A program made the position numbers and the translations under genes. Source: an uncultured Bacillota bacterium (GTDB lineage: Bacteria > Bacillota > Dethiobacteria > DTU022 > UBA8154). Taken from it: DNA of 64,000 bases. Under the pieces are notes generated by a model, which worked only from the letters and a program-made list of their open reading frames with translations, made no database searches and was not told the DNA's origin. How positions within the stretch are numbered: the stretch's first letter is position 1; every line of letters begins with the position of its first letter. Shown here piece by piece: positions 28,770 to 37,427 of this stretch. The stretch lies in assembly GCA_937973635.1 (NCBI GenBank), contig CALJJZ010000035.1:103947-167946 (forward strand), given 5' to 3'.

Positions 28770-30512
28770 TTAATATCCGGCAATCTTTTCCGCATAAGCG
28801 CTGCGCAGTTTTTCCATAAAAGCTGTGTCCATCGGACCCTGGAGTGTCTTCACCTCCTGAAAACGCAAAGGGATAGAGATGCGAGAGGGGTCATAGCCGC
28901 TTTCTTTTTTGATCTGCCAGCGTTCCCGCTGTAAAAGAGAGAAGCGCCCTTCCAGATCTTGGGCCAACCCGGCAAAACCGGCGGCGCTGAGGGCTGTGGC
29001 CACCGTCTCCTCATCATAGATGTTGCGGGCAAAAAGGCAGGCAACCAGGCAGGTAAGCATAAGCCTCTGCCTCTCTTCCTTTTCCAGATAGACCAGGGCC
29101 TGGGCCAGCTCCGGCTTTTTTTGCTGATCCAGCTGGTAGCCGGCACTGTCGAGGTGGGAATAACGAAAGCCCAGGGCCTGGGAAACAAAAAATACGGGGC
29201 CGGTGGCATAGCCGGCCATCTCCTGGCCCAGCACACAGGCAAATTCAGCGCCGCCGTAGCGGGCTGCGGCTGCTGCCGTCCCTTCACCCAGCAGGCGGTA
29301 AAATTCATTGGGCCGGGTGGCAATGGCAGCGATGGCCCGGCGGTAGAGCTCCACCTCCCCGAAAGCCAGGGGCACAAGGGTTTCGGCCTCCCCCACAAGG
29401 CCGGCGGCACGGGCTTCTGTGGCCCAGGCCAGGGCCACGCCGCAGCTGATCACGTCCAAGCCCCATTTTTCCGCTTCGTCCAAAAGCAACATCACCGCTT
29501 CTCCCGGCGCCAGGCCCAGCATGCTGCCCATGGCAAAAATCGGTTCGTGGTCATAGGAGACCTGCTTGTAGTAATATTCATGCTCGGGGCCAAATTTCTC
29601 CCGCAGCAGGCCGATATGGATGCAGCCTACGGGGCAGCCGCTGCAGGCGATCTGACGCAGCAGCAGCTTCTCGGCAAAGTATTCCCCGCTAATCTGCTCG
29701 GCCCCCTCAAAGGTCGTAGCGCTGAGGTTGCGGGTGGGCAGGGAATGCAGGCCGTTTAGGACCAGGACATTTACAGGCGTCCCCAGGTCATGGTACTTGG
29801 CCATGGCGCCGGAGCCAGTAATCCGCTGGTAGATCTGGCGGTAAACCTGTCGGTATTCCTTTCCGTCCCCGGGCAGAGGAAAAGAGCGGCTGCCGCTTAC
29901 CATCACCGCCTTCAGTTTTTTACTGCCCATGACCGCCCCGGCGCCCAGGCGCCCGAAATGGCGGAAAGTATCTACATTAATACAGGCGTATTTTACCAGG
30001 TTTTCCCCGGCGGGGCCGATGCGCAGGATACTGCGTTGCCCGCGGCCCTGCGGTTCGCTTGTGCGGATCGTGCGGGCCGTTATGCCTGCGTCCATGCCCC
30101 ACAGGTGGCCCGCCTCCTTGCAGGCAAAATGGTTGTCCCCCAGCACCAGGTAAACGGGCCGGGGCGACTGCCCCCGGATGATAAGGGCATCAAGGCCGGA
30201 GAAGCGCAGGGCCAGGGCCAGGCGCCCGCCGGCATGGGTCTCCACATAATCGCCGCTGTAGGGAGATTTAAAGCCCAGCACCACCTTGCTCATGAGGGGG
30301 TAGTAACCTGTAAGGGGGCCTATGGCAAAAATAAGGGGCTGCCCGGGGGCAAAGGCATCTTCGCCAGGTTGGCCATATTCACGGTAAAGGGCGGCGGCCA
30401 GGCTGCTGCCCCCCATCTTTTCCCTCAGGTCCTCCCTCTTTTGCAGGCGGCAGGCACCCCGTTCCAGATCGACGATCATAATTGTCAGAGGCGGATGATG
30501 ATTATTTTCCAT
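28770..30512 (-). CDS. Tungstopterin aldehyde:ferredoxin oxidoreductase family large subunit (GOR/GAPOR-like)
   Basis: GPLTG, KSPYSG, IGPAGENLV, GRLGAGAVMGSKKLKA, CSGCPVGC, YDHEP, GLDVISCG. Confidence 0.88.
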   Translation of the reverse strand: MENNHHPPLTIMIVDLERGACRLQKREDLREKMGGSSLAAALYREYGQPGEDAFAPGQPLIFAIGPLTGYYPLMSKVVLGFKSPYSGDYVETHAGGRLALALRFSGLDALIIRGQSPRPVYLVLGDNHFACKEAGHLWGMDAGITARTIRTSEPQGRGQRSILRIGPAGENLVKYACINVDTFRHFGRLGAGAVMGSKKLKAVMVSGSRSFPLPGDGKEYRQVYRQIYQRITGSGAMAKYHDLGTPVNVLVLNGLHSLPTRNLSATTFEGAEQISGEYFAEKLLLRQIACSGCPVGCIHIGLLREKFGPEHEYYYKQVSYDHEPIFAMGSMLGLAPGEAVMLLLDEAEKWGLDVISCGVALAWATEARAAGLVGEAETLVPLAFGEVELYRRAIAAIATRPNEFYRLLGEGTAAAAARYGGAEFACVLGQEMAGYATGPVFFVSQALGFRYSHLDSAGYQLDQQKKPELAQALVYLEKEERQRLMLTCLVACLFARNIYDEETVATALSAAGFAGLAQDLEGRFSLLQRERWQIKKESGYDPSRISIPLRFQEVKTLQGPMDTAFMEKLRSAYAEKIAGY

Positions 30513-30542
30513 CGCTTTTTCTCCTGTCTCCCCTATTCAGCT

Positions 30543-30953
30543 TCAGTCCATCGCCACCATGGCCAGACAGGCATGGGGGCAGAAAGGCACGCAACGCCCG
30601 CAATGCAGGCAAACAACCGGCTCAAGGGTTTCCCGGTCCTGACGTATGGCCTTTACAGGGCAGGCCCCGACACAGGCGGCGCAGCGCAGGCAGAGCTCCC
30701 GCTGGTAACGCACGCCCCTACCGCCCGGCCTTTCTGTCAGTGCCCCGGTAGGGCAGACGGCCACACAGGGAGGCCGGGGGCAGGCCAGGCAGTAGCTTGC
30801 CTCAAAGCCGGCTGTCAGCCCCCCCACGGAACGCACGTATATACCGGAACGGGACCAGGAGAGGGAACCATGGACCAGGCGTGCGCAGGCCATCATACAC
30901 GCATAACAACCGATACAGCGTTCCATCGCCACAGCTCTAAGCACTTTAGCCAA
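30543..30953 (-). CDS. Poly-[4Fe-4S] small subunit of the oxidoreductase
   Basis: CIGCYACMMAC, CLAC..PPCVAVCP, CLRCAACVGACP, CLHCGRCVPFCP. Confidence 0.9.
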   Translation of the reverse strand: MAKVLRAVAMERCIGCYACMMACARLVHGSLSWSRSGIYVRSVGGLTAGFEASYCLACPRPPCVAVCPTGALTERPGGRGVRYQRELCLRCAACVGACPVKAIRQDRETLEPVVCLHCGRCVPFCPHACLAMVAMD

Positions 30954-31028
30954 AAAGATCAGCTCCCAGCATCAAAGCATAAGTCAACAAAAAACGTAAA
31001 GGGAACCCCTGCCAGCAACGGCAGGCCG

Positions 31029-32924
31029 TCAGTCGAAGAATTCCCGTTTTAAATAAACGACGGCCAGCGGGGGCAGCGTAAGCTGCAAACTGCAGGGCTG
31101 GTTATGCCACCACAGGGAACCGGCCGGCAGGGGACCGCTGTTTACGCAGCCCGAACCCCCGTATTCCAGGCGGTCGCTGTTGAAAACCTCCCGGTACAAA
31201 CCGGGAAAAGGAACCCCAATACGGTAGTCTTCCCGCACAACCGGGGTAAAATTGCAGACGGCCACGAGGAAAGCCCCATCACCGGCACGGCGCATAAAAG
31301 TAATCACGCTCTGGTTGTGGTCGTTAAGGTCAATCCATTGGAAACCCGGCGGCGCATGATCCTGCTCCCAGAGAGCTTTTTCCCGGCGGTAAAACCAGTT
31401 CAGCTCCCGTACATACCGCTGCATCTTCCCGTGCAGCTCGTAGGAGAGGAGATGCCAGTCCAGGCTCATGCTTTCGTCCCATTCCTTAAACTGGCCCCAC
31501 TCACCCCCCATAAAGAGCAGCTTTTTCCCCGGGTGCGCCGCCATATAGCCGTAAAGCAGGCGCAGGTTGGCAAACTTCTGCCAGTAGTCCCCCGGCATTT
31601 TCTCCAGCAAAGACCCTTTGCTGTGCACCACCTCGTCGTGGGAAAGGGGCAGGATATAGTTTTCCGTATAGGCATACCAGAGGGAAAAAGTCAGCTGGTG
31701 GTGCCGGTACTTGCGGTAAAGGGGATCAGTCCGCATATAGGCAAGGATATCGTTCATCCAGCCCATATTCCACTTGTAGTTAAAACCCAGGCCCCCACAG
31801 TATACGGGAGCGCTTACCAGGGGCCACTGGGTAGAATCTTCGGCAATCATCAGCACCCCGGGGTAATAGTGGAAAACCTGTTTGTTGAGGCGCTGCAGAA
31901 AAGAGACGGCCTCGAGGTTTTCCTTCCCGCCGTAGCAGTTGGGCGTCCATTGTCCTTCCCGGCGCCCGTAATCCAGATAAAGGATGCTGGCCACGGCATC
32001 AACGCGCAGACCGTCGATATGATAATAATCAAACCAGAAAAGGGCGTTGGAGATAAGGAAACTTATGACTTCCGGACGCCCCAGGTCAAAATAAAGGGTG
32101 TCCCAGTCCGGGCTCTCCCGCCGCTGGGGATCACTGTATTCGTAAAGGGGCGTGCCGTCAAAATTGGCCAGGCCATAGGCATTTTTGCAGAAATGTCCCG
32201 GTACCCAATCCAGGATCACGCCAAGGCCCCTGCGGTGGCAGCAATCGACAAAGTACATAAAGTCCTGGGGTGTGCCATAGCGGCTGGTCACGGCATAATA
32301 GCCCGTAGCCTGGTAACCCCAGGAAGCATCAAGGGGATGCTCCGCCAAGGGTAAGAGCTCCAGGTGAGTATAGCCCATCTCCACGGCGTAATCAACCAGG
32401 TCTGCGGCCAGTTCACGGTAAGATAGAAAAGCGCCGTCTTCACCGCGCTTCCAGGAACCGGCATGGACTTCGTAGATGGCAAGGGGCCGCCCGTAGAGGG
32501 TATTTGCCTTACGCTGCTCCAGCCACTCCCCGTCCTGCCAGGGATAGCCCTCAAGGGAACAAAGGCGGGAAGCGTCCCCGGGGCGCCTGTCCGCTGTAAA
32601 GGCATAGGGGTCTGCTTTCAGCAAGAGCTCTCCTGCGGCGGTGAAGATCTCAAACTTGTAAAAATGCCCCTCCTCTGCGCCGGGCACAAAGGTCCACCAC
32701 AGGCCTCCCTCGCTGATGCGCCGCAGGGGGTGGAGCGCGCCCTGCCAGCCGTTAAAATCGCCGCAGACCCTTACCTGCGTGGCGTGGGGTGCCCAGGTAC
32801 AAAAGGACGCCCCTTTTACCCCTTCATACTCAAGGAGGTGAGCGCCCAGCATGGCGTAACTGTGATAGAGGCTGCCTTCATGAAAGAGGTATATCTGCTC
32901 CTTTGAGGGCACGCAGGGTGGCAA
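31029..32924 (-). CDS. glgB: GH13 1,4-alpha-glucan branching enzyme
   Basis: IYEVHAGSW, SWGYQ, DWVPGHF, DGLRVDAVAS, AEDST, LSHDEVVH. Confidence 0.96.
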   Translation of the reverse strand: MPPCVPSKEQIYLFHEGSLYHSYAMLGAHLLEYEGVKGASFCTWAPHATQVRVCGDFNGWQGALHPLRRISEGGLWWTFVPGAEEGHFYKFEIFTAAGELLLKADPYAFTADRRPGDASRLCSLEGYPWQDGEWLEQRKANTLYGRPLAIYEVHAGSWKRGEDGAFLSYRELAADLVDYAVEMGYTHLELLPLAEHPLDASWGYQATGYYAVTSRYGTPQDFMYFVDCCHRRGLGVILDWVPGHFCKNAYGLANFDGTPLYEYSDPQRRESPDWDTLYFDLGRPEVISFLISNALFWFDYYHIDGLRVDAVASILYLDYGRREGQWTPNCYGGKENLEAVSFLQRLNKQVFHYYPGVLMIAEDSTQWPLVSAPVYCGGLGFNYKWNMGWMNDILAYMRTDPLYRKYRHHQLTFSLWYAYTENYILPLSHDEVVHSKGSLLEKMPGDYWQKFANLRLLYGYMAAHPGKKLLFMGGEWGQFKEWDESMSLDWHLLSYELHGKMQRYVRELNWFYRREKALWEQDHAPPGFQWIDLNDHNQSVITFMRRAGDGAFLVAVCNFTPVVREDYRIGVPFPGLYREVFNSDRLEYGGSGCVNSGPLPAGSLWWHNQPCSLQLTLPPLAVVYLKREFFD

Positions 32925-32995
32925 GGCTTGTCCTCCTTTTCCTTTTTTAGAAACTTGGCCTTCAGAAATTAGCGGTCTGGAGGCGCAATTATTAT

Positions 32996-33023
32996 CTTCT
33001 CTAAACTATTATCCTTTTCCTGC
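32996..33023 (-). promoter_or_regulatory. SigH-like promoter upstream of glgB
   Basis: GCAGGAAAA-N12-AGAGAAG. Confidence 0.45.
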
Positions 33024-33041
33024 CCCGGCTAACAAAATTGC

Positions 33042-34172
33042 TCAGGAGTCGATTACGGTCTGGCTGAGCCGGGTATGGGGAGGCAGGGTGAGGCGGGGCC
33101 AGATCTTGACCTCCTCCAGGAGGCAGTGTTCAGCAAGGCAGCACTCCCCTCCCAGCACCACCATCTCTCCCAGGCGGCTGTATGCCCCAATCAGGTTGTT
33201 TGCTCCAAGCAAAGCACCCTCCAGCACCGCCCCGGCACCCAGGCGATTGCCCGGGCCCAAAATACTGCGGCCTACGCTGGAGCCCCGGCTTAAGTACGAA
33301 CCTGCCCCAATTACCGCCGCAGGACCGGCCACTGCCCCTTCTTCCAGGCAGGCCCCGGCCCCCAGGAAAAGGGGGGGGAGAAGCTGCACCCCCCCAGCAA
33401 TATTTACGTGCTGCTCCATCCAGATGCCGGGGCTTACTTCTTCCCCGGGGACGGTAATCCCCCCTTCTCCAGCAAAAGCCAGGTTATGGGCCTGCCGGTA
33501 TGCCGCAAACGTCCCCAGGTCACTCCAGAAGCCCTCGACCACATACCCGTACAGGGGCATCTTCCGTGCCAGCAGCAGAGGGAATAAATCCCTGCTAAAA
33601 TCAAAAAAAGTTCCGGGGGGAACCAGCTCAAGCACTTCCGGTTCCAGGAAATAGGTGCCGGTATTAACCAGGTTGCTGAAAATTTCATGGGGAACTGCGG
33701 GCTTTTCCATATAACGAGTTATACGCCCCTCCCGGTCCAGCGCCGCAATGCCAAAGCCCCGGGGGTCATGATGCCGGAGCAAAAGCAGCGTAGCCAGGGC
33801 GCCCTTTTGCCGGTGGAATTCAAAGGCAGGGATAAGCTCAAAGCCAAAGAGCACATCACCGCTGAGAACGAGCAGCGTCTCCGAGGCACCCGGCGCGGCA
33901 TGGCGAACGCTGCCAGCCGTGCCCAGCGGCTGCGGCTCTACGGCATAAGTAAGCTGCAGCCCCAGGGCAGCGCCGTCGCCGAGATACTGCTCAATGCTCT
34001 CCGGGCAGTAGTGGAGCGTCAACACCGCCCGGCTTACGCCGCTCAACTGCAGTTTTTGGAGGATATAGGAAATTAGGGGACGGTCAAAAAGGGGGAGCAT
34101 GGGTTTAGGCAGCAGGCAGGTAAGGGGATGCAGGCGCGTGCCCAGCCCTCCGGCCATCACCACAGCGTTCAT
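33042..34172 (-). CDS. NDP-sugar pyrophosphorylase (mannose-1-phosphate guanylyltransferase-like)
   Basis: MAGGLGTRL..PKPMLP, PLGTAG, LSGD, EKP, FWSDLG, C-terminal hexapeptide repeats. Confidence 0.88.
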   Translation of the reverse strand: MNAVVMAGGLGTRLHPLTCLLPKPMLPLFDRPLISYILQKLQLSGVSRAVLTLHYCPESIEQYLGDGAALGLQLTYAVEPQPLGTAGSVRHAAPGASETLLVLSGDVLFGFELIPAFEFHRQKGALATLLLLRHHDPRGFGIAALDREGRITRYMEKPAVPHEIFSNLVNTGTYFLEPEVLELVPPGTFFDFSRDLFPLLLARKMPLYGYVVEGFWSDLGTFAAYRQAHNLAFAGEGGITVPGEEVSPGIWMEQHVNIAGGVQLLPPLFLGAGACLEEGAVAGPAAVIGAGSYLSRGSSVGRSILGPGNRLGAGAVLEGALLGANNLIGAYSRLGEMVVLGGECCLAEHCLLEEVKIWPRLTLPPHTRLSQTVIDS

Positions 34173-34256
34173 CTTGATCCCTCCCTTTGAGTTTATTATA
34201 ATCGTTCAGCCATCTTCCGGCAATCTCCGCAAAAATTTCTTTAAAAATTTTTTTAT

Positions 34257-34313
34257 AATTTTAAAAAATTTTTGCAATTTGCCCTTGACAAAAGTTTCGC
34301 ACCATGAGATAAT
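34257..34313 (+). promoter_or_regulatory. Strong SigA promoter with AT-rich 17-mer, driving candidate ncRNA 1
   Basis: AATTTTAAAAAATTTTT (34257-34273), 11 bp, TTGACA (34285-34290), N17, TGn-GATAAT (34308-34313). Confidence 0.8.
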
Positions 34314-34319
34314 CATCAT

Positions 34320-34674
34320 GCAGGTTCCGAGAGGCAGCAAAAAAACCTGCCGGCTCAACAAGAGCAGGGCCACGATCCCGAAAAAGAGCGGCAAGCGTTG
34401 GAGCGTGTCGACTCAGGGAGTGGTGTCACTATAAAGGAGAGCCGGACGTAACGGGAAAGGCAGTGCCGTAAAAGCCAAGGAGGTCCCGAGGTAATCCAGA
34501 CCTCAGGGGCCGGCCAGGCGGTGCCGGACCGGGGCAGCTTCTCCCCATGAAAAAGGAGCCTTCTCCGGTGAGCGCGGGAAAGCCCGTGCAAAGAGGCCGT
34601 GTGGCCTAACGAGCCACAGGCTGGAGAAGCCCTGGGAGAAGGAAAGGGTTTTGGAGATGTCTGTTGGAGCCTGC
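34320..34674 (+). ncRNA. Candidate large structured ncRNA 1 (about 355 nt, possibly extending to about 34815); class unknown
   Basis: Begins 7 nt after the -10; 5' GCAGGUUCCGAGAGG pairs with 3' UCUGUUGGAGCCUGC; internal helices such as 34560-34569/34620-34629 enclose two hairpins; no credible ORF. Confidence 0.72.
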
Positions 34675-34787
34675 TTGCATTGTACAAAAAAAGACGCCTC
34701 AAGCTCCCTGAGAATCATGGGCAGCACAAACTCCGGTGTCTTAAAGCAAAGCATTTTAAATTTTTAAAGCCTTTTTTAAAACTGCTC

Positions 34788-34815
34788 CCCCGCCTCCGGG
34801 CCCGGGGTTTTTTTT
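34788..34815 (+). terminator. Intrinsic terminator downstream of ncRNA 1
   Basis: CCCCG...CGGGG stem followed by T8. Confidence 0.55.
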
Positions 34816-34853
34816 ATACTAAAACCCCCCGTTATCTGACCATTTACCCCGGG

Positions 34854-35088
34854 CTATTTCATCAACCCGGGCAAGAAAGTAGCGATCTGGGGGAAGAGGA
34901 TATTGATAAACATCGCCAGGATCAAGGCCAGCCAGTACGGGGTGACCCCTTTGAACACCGTCTCCACCCGGCGCATAGGTCTGGGCTGGGGCCGGCGCTG
35001 CAGGGGCCGGCACTTTGGGCTGGCAGCCTGCCAGGACAAAAGAACCCAATAAGATGAACACAAGCAAGCAGCTAAAAAGTTTTTTCAT
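34854..35088 (-). pseudogene. TRAP transporter operon remnant: lipoprotein N-terminus joined out of frame to a DctM C-terminus
   Basis: MKKLFSCLLVFILLGSFVLAGC (lipobox)-QPKVPAPAAPAPAQT, then in another frame VETVFKGVTPYWLALILAMFINILFPQIATFLPGLMK, typical of the last DctM helix. Confidence 0.72.
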
Positions 35089-35236
35089 TTTCTTGTAGTA
35101 AGCCTCCCTTTTTATTCTGTGCGTGCTGTCAATCTGTGAAACATTTTTTTACCATGAACCCCTCTTTTAGAGAGTTCTTCCCCGGCGGCAGGCAGCACCC
35201 CCTCTAAGAAAGAGATTTTCTTTCCAGCACTATATT

Positions 35237-35252
35237 TGCAATTTCCGTGCCA
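35237..35252 (-). promoter_or_regulatory. Sigma54 -24/-12 promoter
   Basis: Minus strand TGGCACGGAAATTGCA = TGGCAC-N5-TTGCA consensus; points at the TRAP remnant. Confidence 0.88.
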
Positions 35253-35294
35253 TTACCGCAATTTAATAGAGGGAGGGAATTACCTGTCCCGGGC

Positions 35295-35311
35295 TGTCTA
35301 AAAGAGAGACA
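35295..35311. promoter_or_regulatory. Putative upstream activator site for the sigma54 activator
   Basis: TGTCT-N7-AGACA palindrome between the sigma54 promoter and the divergent activator gene. Confidence 0.45.
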
Positions 35312-35475
35312 TGGCCCTTCACAGAAACGCCGTTATCAGTTAGAATAAGGAGAAAAGCCCGGGGCAAAAGACGCATTATCTCTTCACTCCGGCATGATCT
35401 TAGGAAAGAAAAGGGTTGTCTTTGCCAAATTTGTTGTGGTAAAATGACTAATTTTAAATAAAGGGGTCGGGTCTT

Positions 35476-36852
35476 TTGCAGCTTCAGGAGAGCAAATACT
35501 GGCAGAGCATCAGACAACACCTGGATATAATTTTGGATATGTTTAACGATCCGATTATTATCATCGACCGGGAAGGGACCATCATTTATATAAATGAAGG
35601 ATATGAGCTGCAGCTGGGCGTTAAGCGGGAAAAGGTGCTGGGACGCAATGTCAAAGACAAATATCCCCGGGACAAGCTTCTGGAAACGTTGCGCACGGGT
35701 GAACTGGTAAAAAACCTGGAACACTTTAACGAAACGCTGGGCTATAATATCGTCGCCAGCTTTGTACCCATTAAAGACGAAACAGGAGATATTATTGCCG
35801 TTGCCGGCATCGGCAATATCTCTCCCGTTTATAAGCTGAATTTAAGGCTCAGCCCCATCCATTCTTTTAAGGAAACAAAGTCCACCGACAGCCTGACCAG
35901 GAAAGATATTCCTCCCAGCTTCGACAGCATTATCGGCGAAGCGCCCAAGCTGCTCAAGTGCCTGAAATTATCGGCCCAGGTGGCCAAAGCAGAAGCGACG
36001 GTCATGCTCCGGGGAGAAACGGGCGTGGGCAAAGAGCTCTTTGCCCGGGCCATCCATGATTACAGCGACCGCTGTAAAAACCCCTTTATCGCTGTAAATT
36101 GCGCAGCTATCCCCGAAAATTTAATCGAATCCGAGCTCTTCGGTTATACTGCCGGGTCTTTTACAGGCGCCCGCACTTCCGGGAAAATGGGGAAAATAGA
36201 AATGGCCCATAAAGGCACATTGTTCCTGGATGAAATAGGGGATCTTTCTCCCAGCACGCAGATAAAGCTGCTCCGTTTCACCCAGGAAAAATACGTGGAA
36301 CGGATCGGCGGGGACAAACAGATACCCATCGACGTCAGGATCATCACGGCCACCAACAGGAACCTGGAGCAGATGGTGCAGCAGGGAGAATTCAGGTCCG
36401 ATCTCTATTACAGGTTGAATGTCATCCCCATCCACGTCCCCCCTCTAAGGGAAAGGCCGGAAGATATAGGGATACTGGCCCATTATTTTTTAAATTATTT
36501 TGCGCGGAAATATGGTAAAAAAGTCGGCTTTTCTATGAAAGCCATGGAATGCCTGCATGATTACCACTGGCCCGGCAATATCAGGCAACTAAAAAACGTC
36601 GTGGAACATGCAGTACTCATCTGCACAGGCGACACCATCCACGAAAGCCATTTCAACCTGGAGCAGAATACAAATGTACATGAACTGCCCTTTTTGGATT
36701 TAAATCGGGCAGTGGAATACACGGAAAAAGCAACCATCGAAAAAGCCCTAGAAAAAGCCTATTATAACAAGAGCAAAGCCATTAAATACCTGGGAATCAG
36801 CCGCGGCGCTTTCTATGCCAAATTAAAAAAGTATAAGCTGACCGTCCCTTGA
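35476..36852 (+). CDS. PAS-domain sigma54-dependent transcriptional activator (AAA+, Fis-type HTH)
   Basis: GETGVGKE, ESELFGY, GSFTGA, LFLDEIGD, WPGNIRQL, C-terminal HTH. Confidence 0.95.
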   Translation: MQLQESKYWQSIRQHLDIILDMFNDPIIIIDREGTIIYINEGYELQLGVKREKVLGRNVKDKYPRDKLLETLRTGELVKNLEHFNETLGYNIVASFVPIKDETGDIIAVAGIGNISPVYKLNLRLSPIHSFKETKSTDSLTRKDIPPSFDSIIGEAPKLLKCLKLSAQVAKAEATVMLRGETGVGKELFARAIHDYSDRCKNPFIAVNCAAIPENLIESELFGYTAGSFTGARTSGKMGKIEMAHKGTLFLDEIGDLSPSTQIKLLRFTQEKYVERIGGDKQIPIDVRIITATNRNLEQMVQQGEFRSDLYYRLNVIPIHVPPLRERPEDIGILAHYFLNYFARKYGKKVGFSMKAMECLHDYHWPGNIRQLKNVVEHAVLICTGDTIHESHFNLEQNTNVHELPFLDLNRAVEYTEKATIEKALEKAYYNKSKAIKYLGISRGAFYAKLKKYKLTVP

Positions 36853-36875
36853 AGATGCCAGGAGATGCCAGGTGA

Positions 36876-37418
36876 TCACGGCATCTCCTTCAAGGCCGCC
36901 ACCACTTCCAGGTTGCGGTAACGTTCCTGGTGGTCCAGCCCGTACCCTACCACGTAGAAGTCTGGCAAGCTGAAGCCGCAGTAATCCAGAGGGATATTGA
37001 CGATACGCCTGGCCGGCATGTCCAGAAAAGCGCAGACGCGCAGGCTGGCAGGGTTGCGCGTCCGCAAGTTCTGCATAAGATAGTTCAGGGTCAGGCCCGT
37101 ATCCACAATATCTTCAAGGAGCAGGACATGCCTTTGCACAATACTGCTTTCTAGGTCCTTAGTAATGCGCACGATGCCCCGGGAAGAAGCAGCTCCGGCA
37201 TAGCTGGAGATGCCAATAAAATCAAGGACAAAGGGTATTTCAAGACAGCGGCTCAAGTCCACGGCAAAATAAACGCTGCCGCGCAGCACCGCTACCAGGA
37301 CAAGATCCCCCTTACCGCTGTAATCGGCTGAGATCTTTTCGCCCAGCTCTTTGACCCTAGCTTTAATCTGTTCCCTCGTCAATAAGATCTCCAAATGGTG
37401 GCCTGCCTCCTGTCCCAT
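36876..37418 (-). CDS. hpt: Hypoxanthine phosphoribosyltransferase
   Basis: VLRGS, ISSY, LLEDIVDTGLTL, VVGYGLD..RYRNL. Confidence 0.92.
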   Translation of the reverse strand: MGQEAGHHLEILLTREQIKARVKELGEKISADYSGKGDLVLVAVLRGSVYFAVDLSRCLEIPFVLDFIGISSYAGAASSRGIVRITKDLESSIVQRHVLLLEDIVDTGLTLNYLMQNLRTRNPASLRVCAFLDMPARRIVNIPLDYCGFSLPDFYVVGYGLDHQERYRNLEVVAALKEMP

Positions 37419-37427
37419 TTTTTGGCT

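Noticed and set aside
29790-32354. Long antisense ORFs (e.g. 29790-31052, 31104-32354; also 12890-13744, 45324-46355)
   Set aside because: Shadow frames opposite well-supported GC-rich genes.
34099-35057. ORF-track ORFs overlapping ncRNA 1 (34099, 34206, 34355, 34503, 34599), and 38543, 38566, 38739 over ncRNA 2
   Set aside because: No RBS, starts inside promoter elements, no protein motifs and no similarity between the two loci; no hydrophobic type I toxin ORF found.
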